Assembly (NCBI GenBank): GCA_040830765.1
Contig: JBFOMH010000017.1
Location: 313,542 to 377,541, forward strand
From: Puniceicoccaceae bacterium
GTDB taxonomy: Bacteria; Verrucomicrobiota; Verrucomicrobiia; Opitutales; Oceanipulchritudinaceae
Length of the DNA: 64,000 nucleotides
Reading direction: 5' to 3'
In this document: positions 47,860 through 56,470 of the stretch, one piece after another
How positions within the stretch are numbered: position 1 is the first letter of the stretch
Layout of the letters: each line of letters starts with the position of its first letter
Notes under the pieces: generated by a model
Databases searched by the model: none
What the model saw: the letters and a program-made list of their open reading frames with translations, nothing else
What the model was told of the DNA's origin: nothing
Program-made: the position numbers and the translations under genes

Positions 47860-48236
47860 ACTTTTTTTCAATGATTTTGTTACAAAAGTTATTGGCTCAG
47901 GCGGTGTTAATAACTTGTGTAGAAGTATGGCTTGAAAAGATAACCCCGCTGCAAAAAACTTTCCCCATGGCAGAAATACCCCTTCTGCCTCTTCTGTTCA
48001 CTCCTCAACAACCTGTAATTCTTAGCGGAAGCGGGGATTCCAGGGCTAAATTTTTAACCAATTGCTAGATAAAGACTTATGAATTTCAAACGATGGCACG
48101 CCCGTGATTATGCCTGCGGGAACGCGGATTCACAGATAATTGATTATAAAGCAGTTATCGAGGCTCGCAAAGAGGCAGCGCCATCGCCAGAGTTGATGGG
48201 TTCGTCGATGTGAATAAAACAGGGTAAGCGAGCAAG
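47860..48236. other. AT-richer dnaA upstream region with DnaA boxes (candidate oriC or dnaA autoregulatory region)
   Basis: TGTGAATAA 48209-48217 (consensus), TGTTAATAA 47905-47913 and TGTGTAGAA 47916-47924 (1 mismatch each), GGATTCACA 48126-48134 (2 mismatches). Confidence 0.5.
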
Positions 48237-49631
48237 ATGACAAATCCGTCTGTAACACAATCACTTTGGAACTCCGTCCTGGATGAGCTCAGGAACACCC
48301 TCTCGAGGGATATCTACCATACATGGTTTGAATCAATCGAGGCCAGTGTCGATGAAACGGGTACCTTGGAGCTGCGCATGGCGAACGAGTTTTCGCGTAT
48401 CTGGCTGGAGGATAACTACCTGGATCTGATCCGGGAAAAGACCTCGAGCCTCGCGGGCGAGGAAGTCATGGTGCGGGTGACTGCCAGCGACAACATTGTA
48501 CGCCAGGAACCCCGCGTTGAGCAGGAAACCTCTCCTGCACCCCATGCATCCCGAACAGGTGACCGCCAGGCAGGGCGTATCCGCCGCACGGGACCTGTTC
48601 CTTATCTCAATGCCCGGAATACATTTGATAATTTCATTGTCGGGCCGAGCAACCAGCTGGCCCATGCGGCAGCGACAGCTGTCGCCGTATCGCCCGGTAG
48701 TGCCTACAATCCCCTTTTCGTCTATGGTGACACGGGACTAGGGAAGACTCACCTGATGCATGCTATCGCTCATGCCATCCAGTCGGCCAACCCGGAGGCG
48801 AAGGTGGTTTATCTTTCCTGTGAAAAGTTCACCAACAATTTCCTTCGGGCCATTCGGGAGAATTCACTGGATGCCTTCCGCCGCTTCTACCGGAAGGTGG
48901 ATGTCCTCCTAATTGACGACATCCAGTTCCTTGAAGGAAAAGAGCGGACCCAGGAGGAGTTTTTCCATACCTTCAACGAACTTTTTGAAAGCCAGCGCCA
49001 GCTGTGCCTTTCCAGCGATCGACCCGCCGGCGAGATCAACAAGTTGGAGAGTCGGCTCGTCAGCCGATTCCAGTGGGGCATGGTGACGGATATTCAACCG
49101 CCGGATCTGGAAACCCGGACCGCCATCCTGAAGAAGAAGGCGATTTCCATGGGATTCGATCAGGTACCGGAGGAAGTTCTTGAGTTTCTGGCCAGTCGCA
49201 TTACCCGCAACGTGCGGCGACTGGAGGGCGCGCTGATCAAGGTCGGGACATTTGCCCGTCTGATGCCGCAACAAATCAGCATGCGCAAGGCAGAGGAGCT
49301 GATTCATGATATCCTGCAGGAGGAGATTCAGAATCAGATCACGATCGAGCGCATCCAGCGCAAGGTGACGGAAATGTACGACCTGCGCATGAGCGACATG
49401 CAAAACCGGCGTCGCCCGAGCCACATTGCCTTTCCGCGGCAGGTGGCGATGTACCTCAGTCGGCTTCTGACGCATCATCCACTGAAGGAAATCGGCGAAG
49501 CCTTCGGGGGACGGGATCACGGCACCGTCATCCACGCCGTCAAGACGGTGGAGAACATGATGGAGCAGGACGAAAAGGTTCGGAACACGATCGATTACCT
49601 GGTCCGGCATTTGCGGGGCAACCGTTCATAA
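48237..49631 (+). CDS. dnaA: Chromosomal replication initiator DnaA
   Basis: YNPLFVYG.TGLGKTHL, IDDIQF, RL.SRF.WG, PRQVAMYL, FGGRDHGTVIHA. Confidence 0.97.
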   Translation: MTNPSVTQSLWNSVLDELRNTLSRDIYHTWFESIEASVDETGTLELRMANEFSRIWLEDNYLDLIREKTSSLAGEEVMVRVTASDNIVRQEPRVEQETSPAPHASRTGDRQAGRIRRTGPVPYLNARNTFDNFIVGPSNQLAHAAATAVAVSPGSAYNPLFVYGDTGLGKTHLMHAIAHAIQSANPEAKVVYLSCEKFTNNFLRAIRENSLDAFRRFYRKVDVLLIDDIQFLEGKERTQEEFFHTFNELFESQRQLCLSSDRPAGEINKLESRLVSRFQWGMVTDIQPPDLETRTAILKKKAISMGFDQVPEEVLEFLASRITRNVRRLEGALIKVGTFARLMPQQISMRKAEELIHDILQEEIQNQITIERIQRKVTEMYDLRMSDMQNRRRPSHIAFPRQVAMYLSRLLTHHPLKEIGEAFGGRDHGTVIHAVKTVENMMEQDEKVRNTIDYLVRHLRGNRS

Positions 49632-49681
49632 TCTGCAATCTTCGGTTGCCAGTATTCGGTGATTGATCCACTTTTCTGATC

Positions 49682-50122
49682 ATGAGCTTGAACCAGGAGC
49701 AAACGGAAGCCCTGAGGGCATGGGTGCAGGAAGGCCACACCCTTGCTGATATCCAGAAGCGCCTGGAGACGGAATTTGATTTGCGGATCACATACATGGA
49801 TCTTCGTTTCATGGTAGACGATCTCGATCTGGAGGTAGCGGCGACAGGCCCCAAGTTTGATGATCCAAAGCCAGCTGCAGCAGGCGGCCTTGATTCGGCT
49901 CCGGGTAAAGTATCTGTCGCCCTGGACAAGATTTCCCGCCCGGATGCCCTGGTCAGCGGTCAAGTCACCTTCAGTGATGGAATGACCGCCCAATGGTCGC
50001 TGGATCAGGCAGGCCGCCTGTCCCTCGATCCCAAGCAACCGGATTATCGTCCATCGCAAGAGGATTTGCAAAGCTTCCAAACCGAACTCAGTGAAGCAGT
50101 ACGCAAGTCCGGCCTTTTTTAA
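49682..50122 (+). CDS. Conserved hypothetical protein
   Basis: Clean ORF with genome-like codon usage; TYMDLRF..DDL, SG.VTFSDG..A.W.LDQ.GRL. Confidence 0.75.
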   Translation: MSLNQEQTEALRAWVQEGHTLADIQKRLETEFDLRITYMDLRFMVDDLDLEVAATGPKFDDPKPAAAGGLDSAPGKVSVALDKISRPDALVSGQVTFSDGMTAQWSLDQAGRLSLDPKQPDYRPSQEDLQSFQTELSEAVRKSGLF

Positions 50123-50141
50123 TCTTCAACCAGGAGAAACC

Positions 50142-50525
50142 ATGGCAACCCGATTCCTTCACACCCGTATCCGTGTCAGCGACCTTGAGCGTTCCATTGA
50201 ATGGTACGGCAAGACCTGTGGCTTCGAAGTCCTCAAGCGCAGCGATAAGAGTCCGGCCGGCAACCAGATCGTTCATTTGCGCATGCCCGGCAATGAACAT
50301 ACGCTGGAACTGACATACTCACCCGACTACAAGGTCGAATTTCCCGAGGACCTGATGCACACCTGCATTGGTGTGGATGACATCAGTGCCTACTGTGCTG
50401 AGATGGAATCGGCCGGCTTCGAAATCTGGCCCGGCGACTGGAAGGAAAAGTTCTCTTCCGGCGGGCTGAAGATGGCTTTCCTCACGGACCCTGACGGGTA
50501 CGAGCTTGAGATTCTTGAAAACTGA
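50142..50525 (+). CDS. VOC family protein (lactoylglutathione lyase-like)
   Basis: LHTRIRV.DL, LELTY, DPDGYELE; AGGAG RBS. Confidence 0.88.
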   Translation: MATRFLHTRIRVSDLERSIEWYGKTCGFEVLKRSDKSPAGNQIVHLRMPGNEHTLELTYSPDYKVEFPEDLMHTCIGVDDISAYCAEMESAGFEIWPGDWKEKFSSGGLKMAFLTDPDGYELEILEN

Positions 50526-50553
50526 CAGTTGACCAATGTTCGTCCGGGTTCTC

Positions 50554-53500
50554 CTACGGGAACCTGACCGTAATCCGGTTGATTCGCCCGGTGCGGAGGA
50601 ACAGTTCACGGCTGAGGGAATCCGGCAACTTGAGGCCTTCAATGGACTCTGACGAGCCATCGCTGTATTTGATTTCCAAGCTCTTCTCGCCTTGCCCCTT
50701 CTGGTAAATGACCGGGACCCGGCAGAAAGAAAATGCCAGTGAACCAGCTTCCAGCTCGATGGCTTTTGATTCGTTGCCCGAAGTTGGAAGGACGAACGTC
50801 CTTGCTTCACCAAGGTATTCGGAATCCTCGACCATATCCGGTGCGAAGGTGACGCAACCCCCGTCCATGTGAACACCCAATTCCAGCAGACGGATAAGGA
50901 TATCCTCCTTGACTTGGCCTGTCATTCCCGGTTGCTGGGCGCCGGCGTGGGCAGGCGTATGGGAGTAGGCATCCGTTGGGAATGCACCATAAAGCGAGGG
51001 ATTCTTGCCCACCCCGAGACCATCCCGGAACTGCCTGAAATAGCCCAGCAGGGATTCCGCCTGTTCAGGGGTACAGCTGTCCTTCAGCGAGCAGAAATTT
51101 TCCTGCACAGCGAGGACGAGTTTGGAAACCATGTGCCAATAGATACTCCCCAGTCCTTCATAGGCGAAGAAGGTACCGGAGCGTCCGGTGAAGGCATGGT
51201 GATTGAAAGTCGATTCAAACAATTCCATGACCGCTGACTTCTCCTCGTCGGAAGCATCGAGCCCATTCAAGGTGGCCTTCAGATCGCCAACATTATTGTA
51301 GTCCCCGTTGAAGGCGACCTCTGAATCACCCAAAGGATTGATGACCGTGGCACAGCCATCCTGCAGATGCCGGGCGAGTAGCGGAATTTTTTCCGCTTCG
51401 GCCCTGGGAACCCGGTTCTTTTCGAGGAATGCCGGCATGTACTTGTTGGGGTAGAGAAGGAAACTGTCCTGATCCTCCCGGTAAAGGTCGCTCTTCTGCA
51501 GGCTGTTCAGCAAGGCCAGGACCTCATCCGCGTCGAGGACTCCGGCACTGAGAATGGAGACCTGTCCCTCGAGCATGACGACAAGGTGCCCGATGCCGGC
51601 TGATCCGTCATCCGGACGGAGCAGGTTGTAGGAATGCCACAGGGCGTCCGGTCGCTTGTTCTCCCGGAGCGATGCGTCAGCGTGAGCCAAGGCATTTTCC
51701 AGAAAGGTGAGGATGCTTGAACCCTCCATGCTGCGCTTTTGACCGGAAAGGCTGGCCTCGTAAAGGCTATTGCGGAAGGCCGTCGCGGGCTCTCCCAGTT
51801 CCTGCATGAATGCATAGCGTTCCTTGCCGGAAAGTTGCGCCGGCTCCTGTTCAAAGACCGCGCTCTGCTTGTCCAGCCAATCCGCCAGTTCTGTCGACAG
51901 TTGGAAGGATTCACGCTTGAGGTCATCACCAAAGCGGTCGATGAGGAAACGGAGGTAGCGGGCCACATAACCCAGGGTAACCACGGAAATTCCATACCCG
52001 ACAAGGGCGTTGTTGGCATCGTTCCACTCAGGGCGTTGCGTGTTCATCCAGATCCCGCCACCCGGGATGAAGTTGGACAGCTTGGACAGGAGGGGATTGA
52101 GCAGCTTCTCAAGCAGCGTCACGTGGATCATGTCCCCATCGCGGGTGTGGTGAACCTTGCCGTCGGCTCCGATGTGCTTGACCCGCTCCTCTATCCGCTC
52201 TTCGGCTTCCGTATCGTAGTCGACCGTCTCACGGGGATTGCGATAGGTTTCCTCAAAGGAGCGGATGCGGTAAGGGACCTCGGCGTAAACAAAGGTGTCT
52301 TCCTTGAGCAGCTTGTTCAGCCGGCCGGGGTGGAACTTCAGGGACGTTTCCAGAAGGCGTAGCAGGTAAATGATCTGGTGGTCTCCCCAGTATCCGATAT
52401 TGGCCCAGGGATCACTGGGTTCGAGAACCTCCCAGTCAAAGCCATCCTTGGTCACCCGGTAAGGATTGTATCCATCGGCTGTACTGGCGTTGAGAAACCG
52501 GCAAATACCAGCTTCCGTGTACTCGGGATAAGCATGCATCAGGGCTTCCCAATTCTGGAAAATATCCCGCCAGTTGCCCTGATAATAAAAACGCGGAGAG
52601 CCATCAGCTTCCTTGATTTCAATACTGAACCGGTTCCACGGGCGGCTGGGATCCCCGTGTCGGCGACTGAAGCTGAGAGGAAGGTATTCGCGCAGCAGAC
52701 GCAGCAGGTCGGGACTGCCATTGGCCAGCGGGTGCTCGTTGTCCCATGGATCGTAGCAGGTCAATCCGTCCGTGTCCTGCAAAAGGGATTCCAACTCCGC
52801 TGCTGCCTCCTTGTTGAAATGCTTCACATTGGCCAGGACATCATGAACTGGAAGGGTATAGCCTGTGGGGAAGGCTCCGCCGCGCATCAGGTTGAAAAGG
52901 GTGTTTGAGGTGTGCCGCATGGCACGACTGGCATCAGCTGTCATTTGCAGGCCATCCGCATTGGCCAGCATCTGCGACAAGCGTTCGCCGGTTCCCCGGC
53001 AGTCCGCTTCAATCGCCGCGATGACATCTTCTTCTGCGGATAGAAATGCCTGCAGGGCTTCGATACGGGCGCTGTTGAAGTCTACATCAGCACAGATGTA
53101 CCAGCTTTTGCTTTCCCCAGGCTGGAGCTGGATGCGAGTCGCACAAAGATAAGCCCCACGCAGCCCCCGAATGGAGGATTCACCGCTTACCTTTCCAGTA
53201 CGGTAAAAGTTGGTCACCTGGGTTTCCGAGAGAAGCTGCGTCGTTCCTTCAAGACCCACCTGCCAGGCAACGGATGCCTTCAACGCCTCCATCGGACTAG
53301 CGAGGTCCGTCGGAACAGAACTCAAGTGGTAAACCCCGATACCCGCGGGTGTTGCCAGTTCGGTTTGTTTGTAGGCATCACCGAGAATACTGAACTCATT
53401 CTGGAAACGCTGGTTCAGGCCGGAAGGCATGATGTTGCGCAATCCGTCCAGGAGCTCCAGTTCAACAGCTGCCGTGCCTGAATTGACGATCTCCACCTTG

Positions 53501-54012
53501 CGGACAAATCCAAAGCGTTCGCTGGGCCGCCAGCTGACCCGGCAGATGAGGCTTTTTTCCGTATGGACTTCCTCAAGGACGATGTGGTTGCCATACAAAT
53601 TCTTGCGCACGTTCCGATGCAGGGCGTCATCCCGGGAAGCCTGCTCGGAAAAGGGTGCCCAGACAGGTGCCCCGTCCCCACTGGCCAGCCGGAGAAGGGT
53701 GGTGCTGCCGGATTGTCCGGCCAAATCCTTCATCTTGTCCTGCGTGTAGTAAGGCAGGAGGGCATGATCCGGGTTGATCCGGCCCGCTGTCAGCCCCCCG
53801 TTGCTCAGCAGGAACAGCCAGTGGTCACTGTCGCTGGCCAGCGTCATGAGGAATGGATCCATGCAGTCAACGCGCTTGATTTCATACCAAAGCTCGCCAT
53901 CAAGGTCCAAAACTTGACCCGAAATGCTCGGGGATGTTTTGGTTAACGTGCTATCTGATGCGACCGCAGCGTCGCTGCGGGGAGTTTGGGATTTGGATTC
54001 GACAATATTCAT
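50554..54012 (-). CDS. Beta-1,3-glucan phosphorylase, GH149-type
   Basis: 1152 aa; SNGGLTAGR, FSRRHGDPSRPWN.F, GNWRDIFQNWE, GYWGDHQIIY, QRPEWNDANN, YEGLGSIYWHMVSKL, QPGMTGQVKE; next to GH16. Confidence 0.82.
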   Translation of the reverse strand: MNIVESKSQTPRSDAAVASDSTLTKTSPSISGQVLDLDGELWYEIKRVDCMDPFLMTLASDSDHWLFLLSNGGLTAGRINPDHALLPYYTQDKMKDLAGQSGSTTLLRLASGDGAPVWAPFSEQASRDDALHRNVRKNLYGNHIVLEEVHTEKSLICRVSWRPSERFGFVRKVEIVNSGTAAVELELLDGLRNIMPSGLNQRFQNEFSILGDAYKQTELATPAGIGVYHLSSVPTDLASPMEALKASVAWQVGLEGTTQLLSETQVTNFYRTGKVSGESSIRGLRGAYLCATRIQLQPGESKSWYICADVDFNSARIEALQAFLSAEEDVIAAIEADCRGTGERLSQMLANADGLQMTADASRAMRHTSNTLFNLMRGGAFPTGYTLPVHDVLANVKHFNKEAAAELESLLQDTDGLTCYDPWDNEHPLANGSPDLLRLLREYLPLSFSRRHGDPSRPWNRFSIEIKEADGSPRFYYQGNWRDIFQNWEALMHAYPEYTEAGICRFLNASTADGYNPYRVTKDGFDWEVLEPSDPWANIGYWGDHQIIYLLRLLETSLKFHPGRLNKLLKEDTFVYAEVPYRIRSFEETYRNPRETVDYDTEAEERIEERVKHIGADGKVHHTRDGDMIHVTLLEKLLNPLLSKLSNFIPGGGIWMNTQRPEWNDANNALVGYGISVVTLGYVARYLRFLIDRFGDDLKRESFQLSTELADWLDKQSAVFEQEPAQLSGKERYAFMQELGEPATAFRNSLYEASLSGQKRSMEGSSILTFLENALAHADASLRENKRPDALWHSYNLLRPDDGSAGIGHLVVMLEGQVSILSAGVLDADEVLALLNSLQKSDLYREDQDSFLLYPNKYMPAFLEKNRVPRAEAEKIPLLARHLQDGCATVINPLGDSEVAFNGDYNNVGDLKATLNGLDASDEEKSAVMELFESTFNHHAFTGRSGTFFAYEGLGSIYWHMVSKLVLAVQENFCSLKDSCTPEQAESLLGYFRQFRDGLGVGKNPSLYGAFPTDAYSHTPAHAGAQQPGMTGQVKEDILIRLLELGVHMDGGCVTFAPDMVEDSEYLGEARTFVLPTSGNESKAIELEAGSLAFSFCRVPVIYQKGQGEKSLEIKYSDGSSESIEGLKLPDSLSRELFLRTGRINRITVRFP

Positions 54013-54031
54013 GATTAATCTCCGCCTGAAC

Positions 54032-55066
54032 TCAGGAGGCGGGATGGGTTAGGGTTTGACCGAGCAGCAATTCGCCGTCCACCAGGGTATGGCGGCGGGG
54101 GGCAGTCGGTTGTTCAATGCGGCGCAACAGTTGATGGACGGCTGAGCGCCCCAGTTCCTCATAGGGTACCTTGATCGTCGCCAATTGCTTTGCTCCGAGG
54201 GGGGGAGGGATGCCATCAAAACCGGAGACCGAGACATCCTCCGGGACGCGGAGGCCCAATTTGGAGAGGTCTGCCACGAGACGATATCCCTGATGGTCTG
54301 CCGGGCAGACGATGGCTGTTACGCCCTGGCGCACAAGTTCGGCAGCCCGCCTCGCACACTCCTCGGTTTCCGCCTGGTCGTCGGGCCGGACGTTGATGAC
54401 CCAGTCGGGATTGAACTCCAGATTGTTCTGGTACAGACCCTCGACATAGCTGCCGAAGCGATGCAACACCCACGGGGTGGGTACCCGGTAGCGCCACGAG
54501 AGAAAGCCGATTCGCTTGTGCCCTTGCAGGTGCAGGTTCTGGATCAGGGAAATGATTCCGTCGGCTTGGTCGACATCGACACTGTCGATGAGATCGTGAC
54601 GGTAATTCTCCACGATGGAGACACAGGCAGTCTGGTTCGCAATCTCGTGCGCCAGCATCGGTTCTATCGGGTAAATGAGGATCACCCCCGCCCATTTTGC
54701 TGTTTTTATGCGGCGCATCAGCTGGGCCGGTTCCGTCGCCTCCGGATCGTTGTAAACAACATCCAGAATGGAGTCGTGGAAGGAGCTTTTGTCGGCGATT
54801 CCCTTCAAGACCTGCTGGAATGTCTCCGATGCCCCCATGGCCCCCTTGGGCATGCTGATGAGGACCCCACAAACAATCGGATGTTGTTCCGCCAAACCGG
54901 GCTGGGACCGCTTGATACGCTGGCTGTAGCCCATTTTTGCCGCCGTTTCCAGCACCAGCGCCTTGGTTTCTGCATTGATGGCAGGATGGTTCGCCAATGA
55001 CCGCGAAATGGTCGTTTGAGATAAATTCAGCTGTCGGGCCAGCTCCTGTTGATTGATCCTCCCCAT
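54032..55066 (-). CDS. LacI-family transcriptional regulator (paralog 1)
   Basis: N-terminal HTH, VPEDVSVSGFDG. Confidence 0.9.
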   Translation of the reverse strand: MGRINQQELARQLNLSQTTISRSLANHPAINAETKALVLETAAKMGYSQRIKRSQPGLAEQHPIVCGVLISMPKGAMGASETFQQVLKGIADKSSFHDSILDVVYNDPEATEPAQLMRRIKTAKWAGVILIYPIEPMLAHEIANQTACVSIVENYRHDLIDSVDVDQADGIISLIQNLHLQGHKRIGFLSWRYRVPTPWVLHRFGSYVEGLYQNNLEFNPDWVINVRPDDQAETEECARRAAELVRQGVTAIVCPADHQGYRLVADLSKLGLRVPEDVSVSGFDGIPPPLGAKQLATIKVPYEELGRSAVHQLLRRIEQPTAPRRHTLVDGELLLGQTLTHPAS

Positions 55067-55100
55067 TGTTTTTGAAGTACCTTTTTAGTCAGCCTCATGC

Positions 55101-55131
55101 TGCAATATAATGCAATAATATTTTGCATAAT
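55101..55131. promoter_or_regulatory. Putative operator (TGCA repeats) upstream of lacI-1/GH149
   Basis: TGCAATATAATGCAA is the reverse complement of TTGCATTAAATTGCA with 1 mismatch; further TTGCAT follows. Confidence 0.6.
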
Positions 55132-55202
55132 TTTGTCCTTCCACATTGCTTGCAGATGAGGCAGGAAGAGGGATAGAGGGAGAAATTGGGCTTTCCGGTA
55201 AG

Positions 55203-55229
55203 ATGCAATTTTAAGCGATTGCATTGACA
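55203..55229 (+). promoter_or_regulatory. Putative operator plus -35 of lacI-2
   Basis: ATGCAAT-N8-ATTGCAT palindrome overlapping TTGACA at 55224-55229. Confidence 0.55.
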
Positions 55230-55313
55230 TGGGTGCATTTGCCCAATGATATGCCCACCGTTACGGAGTCAGAGAGGGATTCCGGAGGGAACGATTAAAT
55301 TTACAGAAACTAG

Positions 55314-56351
55314 ATGAGTCAAAAAGAGATAGCCGAGCGGTTAAAACTGTCCCGAACGACAGTATCAAGGTGTTTTACGAATCACCCGAAAATCAATCCG
55401 GAGACACGGGCGCGGGTATTTGAGCTGGCGGCTGAGCTGGGGTACAGCTACACACCTCCGCGCAACATCAACAGCGAGCGGCCGAAGGAGGCTGATTCGG
55501 TGACGGTACTGGTGGGACGGCCTTCCAACGCGGGGGAGAATCTGGAAACAGCGCGGCGTATCCTTGCAGGAATCAGTAGCCGGCTGGCGAACGACAAATT
55601 GAACCTGAAGGTCTACTATCTGGATCCGGCGGAATTTGAATTGGCTCCGCGGGCGCGGCGGATTGTCCCGGGTATGCGCAATGCGGAGGTCATGGGATTT
55701 ATCCTCATTTACCCATTCAAGGAGGAGACGGTGAGCAATCTTTCGTCCAAGTTTCCAACGGTCTGTGCCTTGGATGACTACGAGAATGTCGACGTTGACT
55801 GCGTGGATGTTGACCAGACCCGGGGTATTAACCGGCTGGTGGATGGTCTGGTCGAGCTGGGGCACCGGGACATCGCTTTCATCAGCTGGAAGTATGCGGT
55901 CCCGACGACCTGGGTGGAGCGCAGGTTCGGGGCTTTTGTGGAAGCCTTGTACCGGCATCACTTGCCCTTCCGCGAAGACCGTATTATCAACGTTCACCGC
56001 CAGGGCCAGATTGAACCCGATGAGGTGGCGAGCCGGGTATTGCAATTGATCAAGCAGGGGGTGACCGGAATTGTCTGCGCTGCGGACCACCAGGCCTATC
56101 CGCTGATTAAATCGCTCCAGGAAGCGGGAATCAGGGTTCCTGAAGATGTCTCCATAACTGGATTTGATGGTGAGGAGCCACCCCCGGGCTTGCCTCAGCT
56201 GACCACAATCCACACCCCGTTCCGGGATATTGGCGTTTCCAGTGTGGTTTCCCTCTTGCGAAGAGTGGGCCTTCCCTCGGCTCCTCGCCGGCACATACTG
56301 GTTTCAGGCCGGCCCACCGAAGGCGGTACCAGTGGGGTTCCGAAAAGGTAG
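55314..56351 (+). CDS. LacI-family transcriptional regulator (paralog 2)
   Basis: N-terminal HTH, VPEDVSITGFDG; clearly similar to paralog 1. Confidence 0.9.
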   Translation: MSQKEIAERLKLSRTTVSRCFTNHPKINPETRARVFELAAELGYSYTPPRNINSERPKEADSVTVLVGRPSNAGENLETARRILAGISSRLANDKLNLKVYYLDPAEFELAPRARRIVPGMRNAEVMGFILIYPFKEETVSNLSSKFPTVCALDDYENVDVDCVDVDQTRGINRLVDGLVELGHRDIAFISWKYAVPTTWVERRFGAFVEALYRHHLPFREDRIINVHRQGQIEPDEVASRVLQLIKQGVTGIVCAADHQAYPLIKSLQEAGIRVPEDVSITGFDGEEPPPGLPQLTTIHTPFRDIGVSSVVSLLRRVGLPSAPRRHILVSGRPTEGGTSGVPKR

Positions 56352-56415
56352 GATCGGCCAGGGCCATGGTTCGTTCAGGGCTGAGCTGAAACAGCGATCG
56401 CCGTCTCGGTTGAGC

Positions 56416-56446
56416 AAAAAAAAAGCGGAACCGAAGTTCCGCTTTT
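56416..56446. terminator. Bidirectional Rho-independent terminator
   Basis: A9-GCGGAAC-CGAA-GTTCCGC-TTTT between convergent genes. Confidence 0.88.
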
Positions 56447-56470
56447 GAATTGGATGAAATTCTGAATGAC

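Noticed and set aside
47811..48068. 85-aa ORF after hprK as HPr
   Set aside because: No GLHARP or KS motifs; atypical composition; overlaps the DnaA-box region
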